Of a stretch of DNA of 64,000 nt, positions 60,282 through 64,000 are shown piece after piece; within the stretch, counting starts at the first letter, position 1; each line of letters starts with the position of its first letter. The stretch comes from Candidatus Latescibacterota bacterium (GTDB taxonomy: Bacteria > Latescibacterota > UBA2968 > UBA8231): NCBI GenBank assembly GCA_964291625.2, contig OZ220089.1, positions 1,056,001-1,120,000 on the forward strand. Reading direction: 5' to 3'. The translations under genes and the position numbers were made by a program. The notes beneath the pieces were generated by a model. It was not told the DNA's origin. It searched no databases and worked only from the letters and a program-made list of their open reading frames with translations.

Positions 60282-61336
60282 TCAGCCGAAGACCAGGTGC
60301 ACCTCCCCCTCCTGGGGCTGGACGCGACCGACGACGGCCGAGGCCGGGGCGCCGCCGTCGACGAGGGCGGCCACGGCTTCGCCGGCCTGGTCCGCCGGAA
60401 GGGCGGCCAGCAGCCCGCCGCTCGTCTGCGGATCGACGGCCAGGGCGCGCCACTCCTCCGGAAGGTCCGGCGCGAACCGGGTGGAGGCCTCGACGAGCTC
60501 GCGGTTGGCCCGGTTGACCCCGGTGGACACCCCCGCCGGTACATCTCGAGGGCCTCGTCGTACACCGGCACGGCGCCGGCGTCGATGTTCAGTGTCACCC
60601 CCGAGCCGCCGGCCATCTCGAAGGCGTGGCCCGCCAGGCCGAAGCCGGTCACGTCGGTGGCGGCGTGCACCTCGAAGCCGGCCAGGACCTCGGCGGCGGC
60701 CCGGTTCAGCGTCGTCAGCGACTCCACGCAGGCCGCCAGGGCCCCGTCCGAGACCCAGCCGCGCAGATTGCCGTTGAAGAGCACGCCGCTGCCGATCGGC
60801 TTGGTCAGCACGAGGGCGTCCCCCGGGCGCGCGCCCACGTTGCGCCAGTAGCGCTCCGGGTGCACGAGACCGGTGACGGAGAGGCCGAACTTGGGCTCCT
60901 CGTCGTCGGTCGTGTGGCCTCCGGCGAGCACGGCGCCGGCCTCCAGGACCTTCTCGCGGGCGCCGGCGACGATGCCGGCCAGCACCTCGGGGCCGAGGAC
61001 GTCCCCCGGGAAGCCCAGCAGGTTCAGGGCCGCCAGGGGGCGGCCGCCCATGGCGTAGACATCGCTCAGGGAGTTGGCCGCGGCGATCCGGCCGAAGAGC
61101 ACGGGATCGTCCACCGGCGGCGTGATGATGTCCGCCGTGAGCACGAGGGCGCGCTCGTCGTCGAGCCGGTAGACGGCCGCGTCGTCGCTCGTCTCGAACC
61201 CCACGAGGAGGTCCGGGTCGACCTGCTCCGGGAGCCCTTCCAGCAGTCTGGCGAGTCCGACCGGACTCACTTTCGCCGCTCAGCCGCAGGTCCGGGCCAG
61301 GCTCGTGAGCGTCTTGTCCTTGTCCGTCAGCGCCAT
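60282..61336 (-). CDS. selD: Selenophosphate synthetase (SelD/SenC), selenoprotein form with UGA at codon 19; 1-nt frameshift near 60530
   Basis: ATG 61336 MALTDKDKTLTSLARTCG-UGA-AAKVSP; DDAAVY, TADIITP, AANSLSDVYAMGG, GGHT, DVTGFGLAGH. The C-terminal DPQTSGGLL lies in a different frame after a G5 run at 60530-60534. Confidence 0.95.
61251..61270 (-). promoter_or_regulatory. Putative bacterial SECIS hairpin
   Basis: mRNA GUGAGUCC-GGUC-GGACUCGC starts 9 nt after the UGA at 61282-61280; the G-initiated apical loop is 17 nt from the UGA. Confidence 0.75.
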
Positions 61337-61455
61337 TCCGTCCTCTGGTTTTCCTTCGGGAAGCGCCGGAACCTACTGATCCCCGCCGGGGGAGGCAAAG
61401 CGGCTCCGCCGCGAGGCCTATCTTAGTGGGATACCGCAAATCCGGAAGGGAGACC

Positions 61456-62769
61456 ATGCCCGAACACCGAATCCTCGACATCATCACCCGGGAAGAGCTG
61501 GCCCGCTGGGTCCGGGACGCCCGGCAGCGCACCCTCGAGCTGGTCTCCGACCTCACCGACGAGCAGCTCCTCGGCCCCCAGCTGGCCATCGTCAACCCCG
61601 GCGTCTGGGAGATCGGCCACCACGCCTGGTTCCAGTCGCGCTGGGTGTTGCGCCACGCCGGCGGTCAGCCCGCCGTGCGCGACGACGAGGACGACCTCTA
61701 CGACTCGATCGCCATCGCCCACGACCGCCGCTGGGACCTGCCCCTGCCCTCCCGGGACGGGACCCTGGCCTACGTGCGCGAGGTCCTCGACCGCACCGAG
61801 GAGCTGCTGCTGGCCGCGCCCGACGACGGCGTGATCTACCACGCCCTCTACTCGGTGCTGCACGAGGACATGCACACCGAGGCCCTCACCTACACCCGCC
61901 AGACCCACGGCTGGCCGGCGCCGCGGTTGGGCGTACCGCGCTCCGATGAGGGCATCGGCGCCGGCGGCCTGGAGGGAGATGTCGAGGTCCCCGGCGGCCT
62001 CTACCGCCTCGGCTCCGAGCGCGGCGAGCCCTTCGTCTTCGACAACGAGAAGTGGGCCCATCCCGTGGAGCTGACGGCCTTCCGCATCGACCGCGCCGCC
62101 GTCTCCCAGGAGCGCTTCGCCGAGTTCGTCGACGACGGCGGCTACGCCGAGGAGCGCCTCTGGAGCGACGAGGGCTGGGCCTGGCGCACGGAGGCAGGGG
62201 CCGAGCACCCCTGCTACTGGCGCCGGGCAGACGGCGGCTGGGAGCGCCGTCACTTCGACGCCTGGCGCGGCCTCGAGCCCCACCGGCCGGTGATCCACGT
62301 GAACTGGTTCGAGGCCGACGCCTGGTGCCGCTGGGCCGGCCGCCGGCTGCCCACCGAGGCCGAGTGGGAGGCCGCCGCCGTGGGGGAGCCCGCCGATGGC
62401 GGCGGCCTCTCGGAGAGCCGCCGCCCCTGGCCCTGGGGCGGAGCGGCGCCCTCCCCGGAACGGGCCAACCTCGACTGGAGGGCCATGGGGACGGTCGACG
62501 TGGGCGGGCTCCCGGAGGGCGAAAGCCCCTGGGGCTGCCGCCAGATGATCGGCAACGTCTGGGAGTGGACGAGCACCGTCTTCGGGCCCTTCCCCGGCTT
62601 CGAGCCGGACCCCTACAAGGAGTACTCCGAGCCCTGCTTCGACACCCGCAGGGTCATGCGCGGCGGCTGCTGGACCACCCGGTCGCGCCTGATCCGAACG
62701 GGGTACCGCAACTTCCAGACCCCCGACCGGCGCGATGTCCTCACCGGCTTCCGCAGCTGCGCCGCGTGA
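61456..62769 (+). CDS. senA: Selenoneine synthase SenA (EgtB-like DinB + FGE-sulfatase domains)
   Basis: WEIGHHAWFQ and HEDMHTEA 3-His iron site, YDS.AIAHD.RW, FDNEKWAH, RLPTEAEWE, GNVWEW, GFRSC; adjacent to senB and selD. Confidence 0.9.
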   Translation: MPEHRILDIITREELARWVRDARQRTLELVSDLTDEQLLGPQLAIVNPGVWEIGHHAWFQSRWVLRHAGGQPAVRDDEDDLYDSIAIAHDRRWDLPLPSRDGTLAYVREVLDRTEELLLAAPDDGVIYHALYSVLHEDMHTEALTYTRQTHGWPAPRLGVPRSDEGIGAGGLEGDVEVPGGLYRLGSERGEPFVFDNEKWAHPVELTAFRIDRAAVSQERFAEFVDDGGYAEERLWSDEGWAWRTEAGAEHPCYWRRADGGWERRHFDAWRGLEPHRPVIHVNWFEADAWCRWAGRRLPTEAEWEAAAVGEPADGGGLSESRRPWPWGGAAPSPERANLDWRAMGTVDVGGLPEGESPWGCRQMIGNVWEWTSTVFGPFPGFEPDPYKEYSEPCFDTRRVMRGGCWTTRSRLIRTGYRNFQTPDRRDVLTGFRSCAA

Positions 62770-63770
62770 GTCCCCGGGCCTTGCGAGTCCTGATCGTCAC
62801 CCCGGCGCCCCCAAGGTCGCGCTCCGGCAACCGGGTGACGGCCCTGCGCTGGGCCCGGGTCCTGCGCGGCCTCGGGCACGAGGCCCACATCGCCACCGCC
62901 TTCGAGCGCCAGCGCTGCGACCTGATGGTGGCCCTGCACGCGCGGCGCAGCCGCGACTCCATCCTGCGCTTCCGCCGGCGGCGGCCCGGGCGGCCGCTGG
63001 TCCTGGCCCTGACCGGCACCGATCTCTACGGCGACATCCGCACCGACGCCGGGGCCCGCGACAGCCTCGAGCGGGCCGACCGACTGATCGTGCTGCAGGA
63101 GGCCGGCGCGGCGGAACTCCCGGAGCGGCTGCGGTCCCGGGCGCGGGTCATCGTCCAGTCCCTGCGGGCTCCGCGGCGGGCTTCCCGGCCGGTGAGCGGC
63201 GCCTTCCAGGTCTGCGTCCTCGGTCACCTGCGGTCGGTGAAGGACCCGCTGAGGACGGCGGCGGCCTCGCGGCGGCTGCCGCCGGAGTCGAGGCTCCGCG
63301 TCGTCCAGGCCGGCGGCGCCCTGGAGGAGCGGGAAGCCCTCCGCGCCCGGCGCGAGGAGGACCGCAACGAGCGGTATCGCTGGGTGGGAGAGCTGCCCCG
63401 GTGGCAGGCCTTGCGGCTGCTGGGGCGCAGCCACCTGCTCGCCCTGACCTCGCGCATGGAGGGAGGGGCCAACGTCGTCTGCGAGGCCCTGGCCCTCGGG
63501 GTGCCCGTGGTCTCCTCGAGGATCTCCGGCTCCATCGGCCTGCTGGGCTCCGCCTATCCCGGCTACTTCCCCGTGGGCGACACCGGGGCCCTGGCCGCCC
63601 TGCTGTCCCGCGCCGAGACCGACGCCGCCTTCTACGAGCGGCTGCGGCAGGCCTGCCGCGAGCGCGCCCCGCTCGTCGATCCCGAGCGCGAGAGCGAGGC
63701 CTGGAGCGGCCTGCTGGCGGAGCTGAGCGGCGGGGACGGGGCCGCCCGAGGCGAGCCTTGCCGGCCCTGA
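62766..63770 (+). CDS. senB: Selenosugar synthase SenB (TIGR04348-type GT-B glycosyltransferase)
   Basis: GTG 62766 overlaps senA stop; IVTPA...SGNRVTALRW, ALHARRS, LTGTDLY, GHLRSVKDP, SRMEGGANV, GLLG..YPGYF. Confidence 0.92.
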   Translation: MSPRALRVLIVTPAPPRSRSGNRVTALRWARVLRGLGHEAHIATAFERQRCDLMVALHARRSRDSILRFRRRRPGRPLVLALTGTDLYGDIRTDAGARDSLERADRLIVLQEAGAAELPERLRSRARVIVQSLRAPRRASRPVSGAFQVCVLGHLRSVKDPLRTAAASRRLPPESRLRVVQAGGALEEREALRARREEDRNERYRWVGELPRWQALRLLGRSHLLALTSRMEGGANVVCEALALGVPVVSSRISGSIGLLGSAYPGYFPVGDTGALAALLSRAETDAAFYERLRQACRERAPLVDPERESEAWSGLLAELSGGDGAARGEPCRP

Positions 63771-63818
63771 CAGCCGCCGCCAGGCTGCCGCGCACCCCGC
63801 AGAGGAGTTACTGACGCC

Positions 63819-64000
63819 ATGGACTCCCATCTCGGCACCGGTCCGCAGCTCCCGGTCTCGACTGCGCCCATCCTGAACACGGAGGGTCGGCCCATCTCGC
63901 GCCGGCCCGCCTCCCCGGCGTCGGCCTTGCCAGGCCCCTTCGGCTCCCGGCCCCGGGAGAGCGTCGCCGGGTCACCCCGTTCCCGGGAGATCCGGCGCCG
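63819..64000 (+). CDS. Possible CDS start, truncated by window edge
   Basis: GAGGAG RBS then ATG 63819; frame open to the edge (MDSHLGTGPQLP...); no motif visible. Confidence 0.35.
   Translation, partial: MDSHLGTGPQLPVSTAPILNTEGRPISRRPASPASALPGPFGSRPRESVAGSPRSREIRR

Noticed and set aside
61280-61282. TGA as a nonsense mutation making selD a pseudogene, or start at GTG 61270
   Set aside because: The TGA falls at the catalytic Sec position before AAK and is followed by a SECIS-like hairpin; starting at 61270 would delete essential residues.
61456-62769. Ordinary ergothioneine EgtB or ovothiol OvoA
   Set aside because: Coupled to a SenB-type glycosyltransferase and adjacent to selD; no C-terminal methyltransferase domain and no egtA/C/E in the window.

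Overview
GC-rich bacterial chromosomal window with mostly housekeeping content (ligA, argR-B-D-H, tilS-ftsH-folP-cdaA, lexA, era-purD-folB-folK, rpmB, pfk-pgk-tpiA-secG-tRNA-Leu). The PorU/PorV genes suggest a non-Bacteroidetes FCB-group diderm such as Latescibacterota, which is inference. Four non-routine blocks stand out. (1) 55994-63770: an expanded selenoneine locus with senA, senB, egtD, a divergent selD/senC and a PhnCDE-like selenium-associated ABC importer. The selD carries an in-frame UGA (Sec19) with a SECIS-like hairpin, plus a 1-nt frameshift in a G run. (2) 34606-48840: a type IX secretion-like operon in which PorU appears to have Ser at the catalytic Cys position, with an M6-like pseudo-protease, a metalloprotease/propeller/Omp85-like protein and two uncharacterised membrane proteins. 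(3) 6755-12498: three enolase-superfamily genes (one degenerate) plus an M20 amidohydrolase, translationally coupled to the ArgR-boxed arginine operon. (4) 21719-27622: a 1967-aa FN3 lipoprotein with six near-identical 609-bp repeats whose synonymous codon usage differs sharply from the rest of the gene. Tandem ARG boxes and a GAAC-N4-GTTC LexA box are visible directly. All assignments come from motif recognition by eye; no database searches were run.
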